Virus record (IMG/VR): IMGVR_UViG_3300020468_000008
Span: 1-56,725 of that record
Origin: a virus
Lineage: Duplodnaviria > Caudoviricetes
Strand: one strand, 5' to 3'
DNA length: 56,725 bases
Position 1 is the stretch's first letter. Every line of letters starts with the position of its first letter. This document shows positions 1 through 6,893 of the stretch, one piece after another. The notes under the pieces are model-generated. The model had not been told where the DNA came from and did not search any database. It saw nothing but the letters and a program-made list of their open reading frames with translations. The position numbers and the translations under genes are program-made.

Positions 1-1
1 T

Positions 2-52
2 CTCGATGAGGTAGAACATTGGAAAGAAAAATACTTTAGTCATCTACCCTAG
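2..52 (+). CDS. 3' end of an upstream gene, cut by the window edge
   Basis: Frame 2 is open from the edge (LDEVEHWKEKYFSHLP) to TAG at 50-52, same orientation as the downstream genes. Confidence 0.4.
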   Translation, partial: LDEVEHWKEKYFSHLP

Positions 53-75
53 ACGCGAAAGCGCAGAGAAGTAAT

Positions 76-222
76 ATGGCATATCATATGGGAAAGAAAA
101 AGAAGAAGAAAAAGAATGGTAAGAAGAAAAAGTCAATGGGAGGCTTAACTGCTAAGCAGAAGAAGTTGCCGCCTGCTTTGAGAGCTGCAATTCTTAAGAA
201 AAAGAAGCGCGGTAAAAAGTAA
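76..222 (+). CDS. 48-aa Lys-rich basic protein (not in ORF track)
   Basis: Translated by hand: MAYHMGKKKKKKKNGKKKKSMGGLTAKQKKLPPALRAAILKKKKRGKK*. Stop overlaps the next ATG (TAATG). Confidence 0.75.
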   Translation: MAYHMGKKKKKKKNGKKKKSMGGLTAKQKKLPPALRAAILKKKKRGKK

Positions 223-353
223 TGAAAGGACGCAAAACTTACAGGGGTAAACGAGCACCAAAAGGCTATCATTATATGCCTGGCGGCAAGTTAATGAAAG
301 ACTCTGCCCATAGGAAGAAACGTGGCCGCAAGAAAGCGAAGAAAAAGTACTAA
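222..353 (+). CDS. 43-aa Lys/Arg-rich basic protein (not in ORF track)
   Basis: Translated by hand: MKGRKTYRGKRAPKGYHYMPGGKLMKDSAHRKKRGRKKAKKKY*. Coupled to the previous gene by TAATG. Confidence 0.75.
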   Translation: MKGRKTYRGKRAPKGYHYMPGGKLMKDSAHRKKRGRKKAKKKY

Positions 354-507
354 AAGTAAAAGCCGTAATATTCCTACAAATAAAAAGCTATATGCCAGAA
401 TAAAGGCAAAAACGAAGAGAAAGTTTGCAGTTTATCCCAGTGCATATGCAAATGCTTATTTAGTACGAGAGTACAAAAAAGCAGGAGGGAGATACCGTCG
501 TGGCTAG
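322..507 (+). CDS. 61-aa basic protein with YPSAYAN motif
   Basis: GTG start after AGGAAG; K/R-rich; LYARIKAKTKRKFAVYPSAYANAYLVREYKKAGGRY resembles a small basic family seen in marine viruses (recollection, not searched). Confidence 0.75.
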   Translation: MAARKRRKSTKSKSRNIPTNKKLYARIKAKTKRKFAVYPSAYANAYLVREYKKAGGRYRRG

Positions 508-802
508 ACGAGGTGGCTTAACAAAATGGTTCAAAGAAAACTGGGTAGATATTAGTCGTCCAAAAAAAGGTGGCGGGTATAAAAAGTGTGGGCGTAAAAA
601 AGCTAAAACAAGTAGAAAAAAGTATCCTAAATGTGTTCCCGCTTCGAAAGCTGCCAGAATGACCGCTAGCCAAAAAAGGTCCGCAATAAAACGAAAAAGA
701 AGCAAAGCTCAAGGCGTTCGTGGTAAACCCACAAATGTTAGAACTTTTGCTAAGAGGAGAAAGAGAAAAGTAACACGTTCATCTCGAAAGAGACGGAAGT
801 AG
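500..802 (+). CDS. 100-aa basic protein with GGLTKWFKENWVDI and two Cys
   Basis: GTG start after GGAGGGAG; K/R-rich; motif recalls DUF5872-like viral proteins (not verified). Confidence 0.8.
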   Translation: MARRGGLTKWFKENWVDISRPKKGGGYKKCGRKKAKTSRKKYPKCVPASKAARMTASQKRSAIKRKRSKAQGVRGKPTNVRTFAKRRKRKVTRSSRKRRK

Positions 803-820
803 GGATTCCCGAAGGAACGC
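776..820 (+). ncRNA. glnA-type (glutamine-I) riboswitch aptamer
   Basis: CGTTC-A-TCTC-GAAA-GAGA-CGGAAGTA-GGG-ATT-CCC-GAAG-GAACG-C. P1 CGTTC(776-780)/GAACG(815-819); P2 TCTC/GAGA with GAAA tetraloop; P3 GGG/CCC with E-loop AGUA/GAA. Matches the known CGUU...CGGAAGUA...GAAG.AACGC glnA RNA layout and lies upstream of a YRG peptide gene. Confidence 0.85.
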
Positions 821-847
821 ACAAAAAGTGTTTTTAAGGAGAATATT

Positions 848-904
848 ATGTCTTGCCAAACGTTCATCTATCGTGGTGTCAAGTATACTAAGCCAAAGAA
901 ATAA
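848..904 (+). CDS. 18-aa YRG-motif peptide, DUF4278 / GS-inactivating-factor-like (not in ORF track)
   Basis: RBS AAGGAG at 836-841, 6-nt spacer, ATG 848; MSCQTFIYRGVKYTKPKK*, TAA 902-904. YRGxxY is the hallmark of short DUF4278 proteins found downstream of glutamine riboswitches. Confidence 0.75.
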   Translation: MSCQTFIYRGVKYTKPKK

Positions 905-905
905 T

Positions 906-1109
906 ATGGAAATAGATACACAACCAATAATAGTACCCCCGAGGCCCACTATCATAACATCTACCGAGAAAGTTCGGTATGAGGTCTATAGTGGGCCTCA
1001 ACCAGGTACTTATCAAGTTACAAAAGATGTATGGGAATTAACCATGTATAATCGAGCGGGAGTAATAAAAACAAGTACAAATAGAACCTCCCTAGACTTT
1101 ATGATATGA
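906..1109 (+). CDS. hypothetical protein (67 aa)
   Basis: In frame with track ORF 828..1109. ATG 906 lies 1 nt after the peptide stop and is preferred because 828-905 holds the peptide gene. Stop overlaps next ATG (ATGA). Confidence 0.6.
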   Translation: MEIDTQPIIVPPRPTIITSTEKVRYEVYSGPQPGTYQVTKDVWELTMYNRAGVIKTSTNRTSLDFMI

Positions 1110-1402
1110 GAAAACGTAAAAAGAGAGACTCAAGATTAAAGAGGGCAGGAGTATCCGGCTTTAATAAGCCAAAGCGTACTCCTAGTCATCCTAAAAAATC
1201 CCATATTGTGGTAGCAAAGGTGGGTGCCAAAGTTAAGACGATCCGCTTTGGTCAACAAGGAGCAAAAACGGCAGGAAAGCCAAAAGCGGGTGAAAGTGCA
1301 CGCATGAAAAAGAAGCGTGCTTCATTTAAGGCTCGACACCGCAGAAACATTGCTCGAGGTAAAATGAGTGCGGCATACTGGGCCAACAAAGTAAAATGGT
1401 AG
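1106..1402 (+). CDS. 98-aa basic protein (IRFGQQG...RASFKARH...SAAYWA)
   Basis: K/R-rich; motifs recall a widespread small marine-virus family (DUF6321-like, not verified). Confidence 0.8.
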   Translation: MRKRKKRDSRLKRAGVSGFNKPKRTPSHPKKSHIVVAKVGAKVKTIRFGQQGAKTAGKPKAGESARMKKKRASFKARHRRNIARGKMSAAYWANKVKW

Positions 1403-1410
1403 GAGGTACC

Positions 1411-1797
1411 ATGAAACGTTTATTAGCATTAATCGCGCTAACTTCTCTTACGTCCGCCGCAATGGGTGTAACAGTAGTTAATTACGACGATGGATCAACA
1501 TACACGCTCACTGATGGGCAAGAAGTTTATATTAGTAACAAAAACAGTACATTATTTAAACGCAGAGTTATGAAAACTAAGGATACTTATTTTTATGCTC
1601 AAGATCCTTGGACCGCAAGAGACTATGTATCTGGGCCCACGGATGGATTACAAGTTGGATCTCATGCTTGGTGTGAAGTTTATGACCCTTGGCATGAAGG
1701 CTTAACCTTTGACATGATCTCATGGCAAAGAGCTTGTGACACCAATAATGATGGTGTATATAATGAAGAGGACGCAAACTGGCCTCCAGGCGAATAG
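1411..1797 (+). CDS. exported protein with signal peptide and C-terminal EF-hand-like DxNxDG loop
   Basis: RBS AGGAGG then ATG 1411; MKRLLALIALTSLTSAAMG signal; DTNNDGVYNEED; two Cys. Confidence 0.7.
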   Translation: MKRLLALIALTSLTSAAMGVTVVNYDDGSTYTLTDGQEVYISNKNSTLFKRRVMKTKDTYFYAQDPWTARDYVSGPTDGLQVGSHAWCEVYDPWHEGLTFDMISWQRACDTNNDGVYNEEDANWPPGE

Positions 1798-1806
1798 AGA
1801 AGTACT

Positions 1807-2142
1807 ATGGCAGATGACGAGATAGTAACAGTTGACAAAGCTGTATCTGATAGAATGGATATAAATGGTGATGGTCATATATCTCAGCGAGAAATGGAGT
1901 TAGACCTTGAGTTTAAAAGAAAAGAGTATGAAGATGCTGATGCGATGCGCGATGCCCAAAGAAATATGGCTTGGTTTGCTCTTCTTGGTATGTTGGTCTA
2001 TCCTTTTGCTGTGGTTGCAGCTCAAGTTGCAGGATACGAACATGCTGCCGATGTACTCGGCGATATGGCTCCCACCTATTTTGTAGCTGTTGCTGGTCTC
2101 GTTGCTGCCTTCTTTGGAGCTACGGCATGGAGTAAAAAGTGA
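1807..2142 (+). CDS. holin-like membrane protein with N-terminal EF-hand
   Basis: DINGDGHISQRE loop; two hydrophobic helices; basic C-terminus; lies upstream of spanins. Confidence 0.55.
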   Translation: MADDEIVTVDKAVSDRMDINGDGHISQREMELDLEFKRKEYEDADAMRDAQRNMAWFALLGMLVYPFAVVAAQVAGYEHAADVLGDMAPTYFVAVAGLVAAFFGATAWSKK

Positions 2143-2705
2143 TTGATTTACTTCTTGAGCTTGCCATAACTTTTTGGCAGGCTGTTGTAGTTGGTATATT
2201 AATAATTTTTGGTTTCATTGTTACTTTATTTGATGGCCAAGGAGAAGAACGAGTAAACTTTACTTATCCTGAAATGCCATTAATGAAACCAGTAAAAATA
2301 GAAACCGCAGACAAAGGTTTTTGGAAAGCTATTTGGATGTGGTTAACTGGTACTCGTCAGTGGGAAGTTTGCGAAGATTTTTATTTCTGCTTAGGAGATA
2401 CAGAATATGTTATTGAAAAAGGGTTTGAGTTTGATGGAGCATCAGTACCTAAGTTTCTTGCAATGTGGCTTTCGCCCGTTGGAGTCCTTCTTATGGGTGG
2501 TCTTGTTCATGACTATGGGTACAAATACGCTGAGCTTATAACTAGCGATAATAAAGTTTATAAGAAAACTCAAAAAGAGATGGATTTACTTTTTAGGGAT
2601 ATTTGCATTGAACAAAACGGATTTAAAATTCTTAATTACTTGGCCTATTGGTCTTTACGAATATTTGGTTTTGTTGCTTGGAAAAGGCATAGGAAAAATG
2701 ACTAA
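2139..2705 (+). CDS. DUF1353-like protein with N-terminal TM helix
   Basis: IEKGFEFDGASVPKFL...GLVHDYGY...MDLLFRD pattern typical of DUF1353. Confidence 0.65.
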   Translation: MIDLLLELAITFWQAVVVGILIIFGFIVTLFDGQGEERVNFTYPEMPLMKPVKIETADKGFWKAIWMWLTGTRQWEVCEDFYFCLGDTEYVIEKGFEFDGASVPKFLAMWLSPVGVLLMGGLVHDYGYKYAELITSDNKVYKKTQKEMDLLFRDICIEQNGFKILNYLAYWSLRIFGFVAWKRHRKND

Positions 2706-2919
2706 ATTTTGGAGATGGTTAAAATCTTTATTTATTAAAGAATATCAAGTTATAATATGGGTTGATCCTTTAAAAAAGACAGAGTACTTTTTTCGTTCAA
2801 TTAATAAAGTTTCTCCGACCCATATAAAAGGAACGCTTGCATCTGGAGAGCTTTTTGAGCTTCATACGCAAGACAAATTCAATTATCAAATTGTGGAAAA
2901 AGAACCATGTTGGGATTAA
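2698..2919 (+). CDS. hypothetical protein
   Basis: Part of track ORF 2608..2919; ATG 2698 after AGGA overlaps the previous gene end. Confidence 0.6.
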   Translation: MTKFWRWLKSLFIKEYQVIIWVDPLKKTEYFFRSINKVSPTHIKGTLASGELFELHTQDKFNYQIVEKEPCWD

Positions 2920-3329
2920 TTAAAGCGCTCCCACTATTAGCAGTCGTAGGTGCAGGAGCATACGGATATCATACCCTAGAAATAGGCAAAAGAGAAACAA
3001 CCATTGCTCAGCTAGAAAGAAATAATACTACTTTAGCAGAGAATGCTCTTCGTCTCGAAACTGCGTTAGAAACAGAAACAACATCTAGGGAGCTAGCAGA
3101 AAATAACTTAAAGGTACAACTAGAAGCGGTAGGAAAGCTCACCGAAAAGAATAGTGAAATGCAAGCAGAAATGGATGATTATTTATCTATTTTTAAAAGG
3201 CATGATCTTACTCGATTAGCAAGAGCAAAACCGGGACTTGTTGAACCTAGAATTAACAATGGTACAAAAAAAGTTTTTGAACAAATAGAAAAAGACAGTG
3301 AAGAGGTGGAAAATGCGGATACTAACTAG
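2907..3329 (+). CDS. i-spanin (Rz-like)
   Basis: N-terminal TM anchor then long coiled coil; overlaps a lipoprotein gene. Confidence 0.65.
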   Translation: MLGLIKALPLLAVVGAGAYGYHTLEIGKRETTIAQLERNNTTLAENALRLETALETETTSRELAENNLKVQLEAVGKLTEKNSEMQAEMDDYLSIFKRHDLTRLARAKPGLVEPRINNGTKKVFEQIEKDSEEVENADTN

Positions 3330-3684
3330 TTTTTTAACTATACTATTTTTATCTGGCTGTTCTTTTATGCAAACTGACCCTCTGGTAACCCCCGAGCCAG
3401 TCATAAAAACTGTGACAGAGTATAAAACACTGGAAATTTATCAGCCTCAACTCCCTAGAAAAATAGATTTGCAAGATGTAGAATTTTTTGTAGTTACGGA
3501 AAAAAATCTGGAAGAACAAATCGCTCGTATCAGTAAAATGCAAGATGGTACTTTTGTTATATTTGGAATGACTCCACAAGATTACGAAAATATGGCGTTC
3601 AACTTACAAGAACTTCGTAGGTATATACGCCAGCAAAAAGAAATAATTATCTACTATAGAGATGCAACAAAAGTAGAGCAGTAA
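3313..3684 (+). CDS. o-spanin (Rz1-like lipoprotein)
   Basis: GAGGTGG then ATG 3313; lipobox LFLSGC; Pro-containing mature N-terminus; follows the Rz-like gene. Confidence 0.65.
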   Translation: MRILTSFLTILFLSGCSFMQTDPLVTPEPVIKTVTEYKTLEIYQPQLPRKIDLQDVEFFVVTEKNLEEQIARISKMQDGTFVIFGMTPQDYENMAFNLQELRRYIRQQKEIIIYYRDATKVEQ

Positions 3685-3686
3685 TT

Positions 3687-4991
3687 ATGACAGTACAAAT
3701 AAGCAGAGCAGACATCACTGGAGATGCTCTGCTAAATTTACAATCTGAGACACGCTTCCTCAAGCTTCCAGTAGACCCATATTTGGAGCTACTCGGCATC
3801 ACACCGCTACCTTCTCAGGTAGCAATCATAAATGCGATCAACAATCCTAAGTACAGATTTGTATGTGCCGCAGTGAGTCGCAGACAGGGCAAAACATACA
3901 TCGCAAACATTATTGGGCAATTAGTATCACTAGTTCCCAATTCAAACATTCTTATTATGTCTCCAAACTACGCGTTGTCTCAGATTTCTTTTGACTTACA
4001 AAGAAATCTTATTAAGCATTTTGACTTGGAAGTAGTAAAAGACAATGCAAAAGATAAAGTTATTGAGTTGAGTAACGGTTCAACTGTAAGAATGGGCTCA
4101 GTAAACCAAGTTGATTCCTGTGTTGGTCGTAGCTATGATTTAATTATATTTGACGAAGCGGCGTTGGCAGACGGACGTGATGCGTTTAATGTAGCACTTC
4201 GACCGACATTGGATAAAGATAATTCAAAAGCAATTTTTGTTTCAACCCCAAGGGGCAGGAACAACTGGTTTGCCGAGTTTTTTGATAGAGGATTTAATGA
4301 TGAGTTTGCTGAGTGGTGTTCTATAAGAGCAACTTATGTAGATAACCCTAGAATGAGCCCCTCAGATATAGATGAAGCTCGTAAAAGTATGTCAGACGCA
4401 GAATTTAAACAAGAATACGAAGCAGATTTTAATACTTATGAAGGACAAATTTGGAATTTTAATCATGAAACATGTATAAGTAATAATGAAGCCTTGGATA
4501 CCGTTAATATGGATATATTTGCGGGTCTTGATGTTGGTTATCGTGATCCTACTGCTTTTTGTGTAATTGGTTATGATTGGGAAGAAGAGTTATATTATAT
4601 TCTAGATGAATACTTGGATTCTGAAAAAACAACGGAACAACACGCGTTAGAAATACAGCGTTTAAGTGAGAAATGGGATATCGATTTTATATTCATTGAT
4701 TCTGCAGCACAGCAAACACGATATGATTTCGCACTGCAATACGATATTTCAACTAGTAACGCAAAAAAGTCTGTGCTTGATGGCATCGCACACGTAGCAG
4801 GAATAGTAGACAATGATAAGTTATTTGTCGATCAGAGATGTGATGAAACTTTGTCGTGCTTAGATCAATATCAGTGGGATCCCAATCCAAATTTAGCAAA
4901 AGAAAAACCAAAACATAATCGAGCCTCGCACATGGCAGACGCATTAAGGTATGCATTGTATTCATTTGAAACAACTCAGAGCGGCTTTTAA
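3687..4991 (+). CDS. terL: terminase large subunit (T5-like)
   Basis: Walker A SRRQGKT, Walker B LIIFDEAA, coupling motif STP, nuclease GLDVG and HMADALRY. Confidence 0.95.
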   Translation: MTVQISRADITGDALLNLQSETRFLKLPVDPYLELLGITPLPSQVAIINAINNPKYRFVCAAVSRRQGKTYIANIIGQLVSLVPNSNILIMSPNYALSQISFDLQRNLIKHFDLEVVKDNAKDKVIELSNGSTVRMGSVNQVDSCVGRSYDLIIFDEAALADGRDAFNVALRPTLDKDNSKAIFVSTPRGRNNWFAEFFDRGFNDEFAEWCSIRATYVDNPRMSPSDIDEARKSMSDAEFKQEYEADFNTYEGQIWNFNHETCISNNEALDTVNMDIFAGLDVGYRDPTAFCVIGYDWEEELYYILDEYLDSEKTTEQHALEIQRLSEKWDIDFIFIDSAAQQTRYDFALQYDISTSNAKKSVLDGIAHVAGIVDNDKLFVDQRCDETLSCLDQYQWDPNPNLAKEKPKHNRASHMADALRYALYSFETTQSGF

Positions 4992-5002
4992 TAACCCCTA
5001 GC

Positions 5003-5042
5003 AAAAATAATGTTTGACAATTTATCTTCCAGAGGTTAAAAT
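5003..5042 (+). promoter_or_regulatory. sigma70-type promoter with AAAAATAA upstream element
   Basis: TTGACA 5014-5019, 17 bp spacer, TAAAAT 5037-5042. Confidence 0.7.
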
Positions 5043-5049
5043 GGCAATA

Positions 5050-5433
5050 ATGAAAAAGCTCAAGAGAGACCCAGTAAAGTATATACGGGATCGAGCAAAG
5101 TCAAAATACAAAAAAGACAATGAATGTTTTATTTGTGGAACAGAAAAACAATTAGACTTTCACCATTTTTATTCTCTTGCACCTCTACTAAGGCTCTGGC
5201 TACAGAAAAAAACAAAAGAAAGACCAGAGCATTACACAAATGAGTATATTACTATTTGGCGAGATGAGTTTATAGAAGATAATTGGGCTAAGTTATACGA
5301 ACACACAGTGACTATCTGTCATGCACATCACCGGGAGTTACACAAAATTTACGGAAGAAATCCAGGACTTGGAACAGCGAATAAACAAATGCGCTGGGTA
5401 GACATTCAAAGAGAAAAGCATGGCATGGTATAA
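5050..5433 (+). CDS. HNH-type endonuclease (T5 nicking endonuclease-like)
   Basis: CFIC...LDFHH...TICHAHHRELH; lies between terL and portal as in T5. Start is ATG 5050 or 5041. Confidence 0.75.
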   Translation: MKKLKRDPVKYIRDRAKSKYKKDNECFICGTEKQLDFHHFYSLAPLLRLWLQKKTKERPEHYTNEYITIWRDEFIEDNWAKLYEHTVTICHAHHRELHKIYGRNPGLGTANKQMRWVDIQREKHGMV

Positions 5434-6607
5434 TTTTTGGCAGAATAGAAAAGAAGTGGAGGAAAAACTCAATCCTGCACAAATTCTAGACGGTCAAGTT
5501 TCGGAGCACTCAAGAGAGTTTACAACTTCATATGAGCGAATGTATGAACAGCTCGAAGTTGTAAATCGAGGCGTAAATTTAATTGTAGATGATTGTGCAG
5601 AAATACCTGCTACAATTAGTACTCAAGGTGCTTTTAGAGGTGTAGTAACAGGAGTCAAAAGAGGAAAAGTAGAAGAACTACTAAATCGTACTCCAAACCC
5701 TTTTCAAGACATTAACAGTTTTAAACGAAATCTAATTACAGATTTTCTTTTAGATGGAAATATATTTATATACTTTGATGGGGCTCACTTATATCATCTT
5801 CCTGCAGATAAAGTAGCTGTAAAAGCAGACTCAGAAACTTTTGTAGAAAAGTATACCTTACAAGATATTGATTATAAAGTTAATGAGATTATTCATATAA
5901 AAGAAAACTCATTTTATTCTATTTATAGAGGAGTTTCTCGTCTTAAACCTGCTATGAGAACAATGCAGCTTATGAAAGATATGAGAGATTTTCAAGATAA
6001 CTTTTTTCGTAATGGTGCAGTTCCTGGATTAGTACTTAAATCCCCAAATACACTATCAGAAAAAATTAAAGAAAGAATGATACAGTCTTGGACATTACGA
6101 TATCGTCCAGACTCCGGAGGTAGACGTCCTTTAATTTTAGATGGAGGTCTAGAGATAGATAGTTTTTCTAATGTTAATTTTAAAGAAATGGACTTTCAAA
6201 ATGCGTGTTTAGAACATGAAAAGATAATATTAAAAGCATTAGGAGTACCACCAATATTATTGGACTCTGGAAATAATGCTAATATTCGTCCTAACTTAAG
6301 ACTATATTATTTAGAAACTATACTACCCATAGTGCGAAAAATGAATTTTGCATTTTCAAGATATTTTGGATTTAATATTACTGAAAATGTTACAGATATT
6401 CCAGCCCTCCAACCAGAACTTAGAGATTCTGCAGCATATTATACTGCATTAGTTAATGGCGGAATTATAACTATAAATGAAGCTAGAGATCAACTTGGCT
6501 ACGAAACTATAGAAGGGCAAGATGAAATTAGGGTACCTGCAAATATAGCAGGTAGCGCAGCAAATCCTGATCTAGGCGGTCGGCCCGTAGAATCCGAAGG
6601 AGATTAA
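5420..6607 (+). CDS. portal protein (HK97/T5-like)
   Basis: PNPFQ, IIHIK, RGVSRL, FFRNGAVP, ALGVPPILL, GIITINEAR motifs. Confidence 0.95.
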   Translation: MAWYNFWQNRKEVEEKLNPAQILDGQVSEHSREFTTSYERMYEQLEVVNRGVNLIVDDCAEIPATISTQGAFRGVVTGVKRGKVEELLNRTPNPFQDINSFKRNLITDFLLDGNIFIYFDGAHLYHLPADKVAVKADSETFVEKYTLQDIDYKVNEIIHIKENSFYSIYRGVSRLKPAMRTMQLMKDMRDFQDNFFRNGAVPGLVLKSPNTLSEKIKERMIQSWTLRYRPDSGGRRPLILDGGLEIDSFSNVNFKEMDFQNACLEHEKIILKALGVPPILLDSGNNANIRPNLRLYYLETILPIVRKMNFAFSRYFGFNITENVTDIPALQPELRDSAAYYTALVNGGIITINEARDQLGYETIEGQDEIRVPANIAGSAANPDLGGRPVESEGD

Positions 6608-6608
6608 A

Positions 6609-6893
6609 ATGCCAGTTATTAATAAAAGAAAGAAAGTTTTAGCTGCAAAACAGCTAGCTGAATACTTTCGAAAGGTAGGAAAAATTTTAACTTGGGAAGA
6701 GTATTGTGCACGAGAAGATTTAGTTATTCGTGCAAATACTGTTGTAAAATACTTTAGAGGTTATCATGTTATGTTAAAGTGGCTTCCTATTGTAGATAGT
6801 ACTATCGAGGCGGATCTCACGCCCAAGCCAAAGGCTGCACCTAAGCCTAAGACAGCGCCGAAGGTGAAAACAAATGATTCAAAAAACGTTTAA
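6609..6893 (+). CDS. hypothetical protein with Pro/Lys-rich tail
   Basis: ORF between portal and protease; ends PKPKAAPKPKTAPK. Confidence 0.65.
   Translation: MPVINKRKKVLAAKQLAEYFRKVGKILTWEEYCAREDLVIRANTVVKYFRGYHVMLKWLPIVDSTIEADLTPKPKAAPKPKTAPKVKTNDSKNV

Noticed and set aside
54-63. CGC-GAAA-GCG GNRA hairpin between genes
   Set aside because: Three-bp stem without a U-tract; too small to assign a function.
84-712. Phe-rich - strand ORFs (84..272, 460..705, 518..712)
   Set aside because: They are antisense shadows of poly-Lys codons in the + strand genes.
828-905. GTG-start N-terminal extension of track ORF 828..1109
   Set aside because: No SD before 828; the region holds the strong AAGGAG RBS and the YRG peptide in another frame; ATG 906 is the better start.
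5050-5433. HNH gene as a mobile homing endonuclease
   Set aside because: No intron context; position between terL and portal matches a resident T5-type gene.
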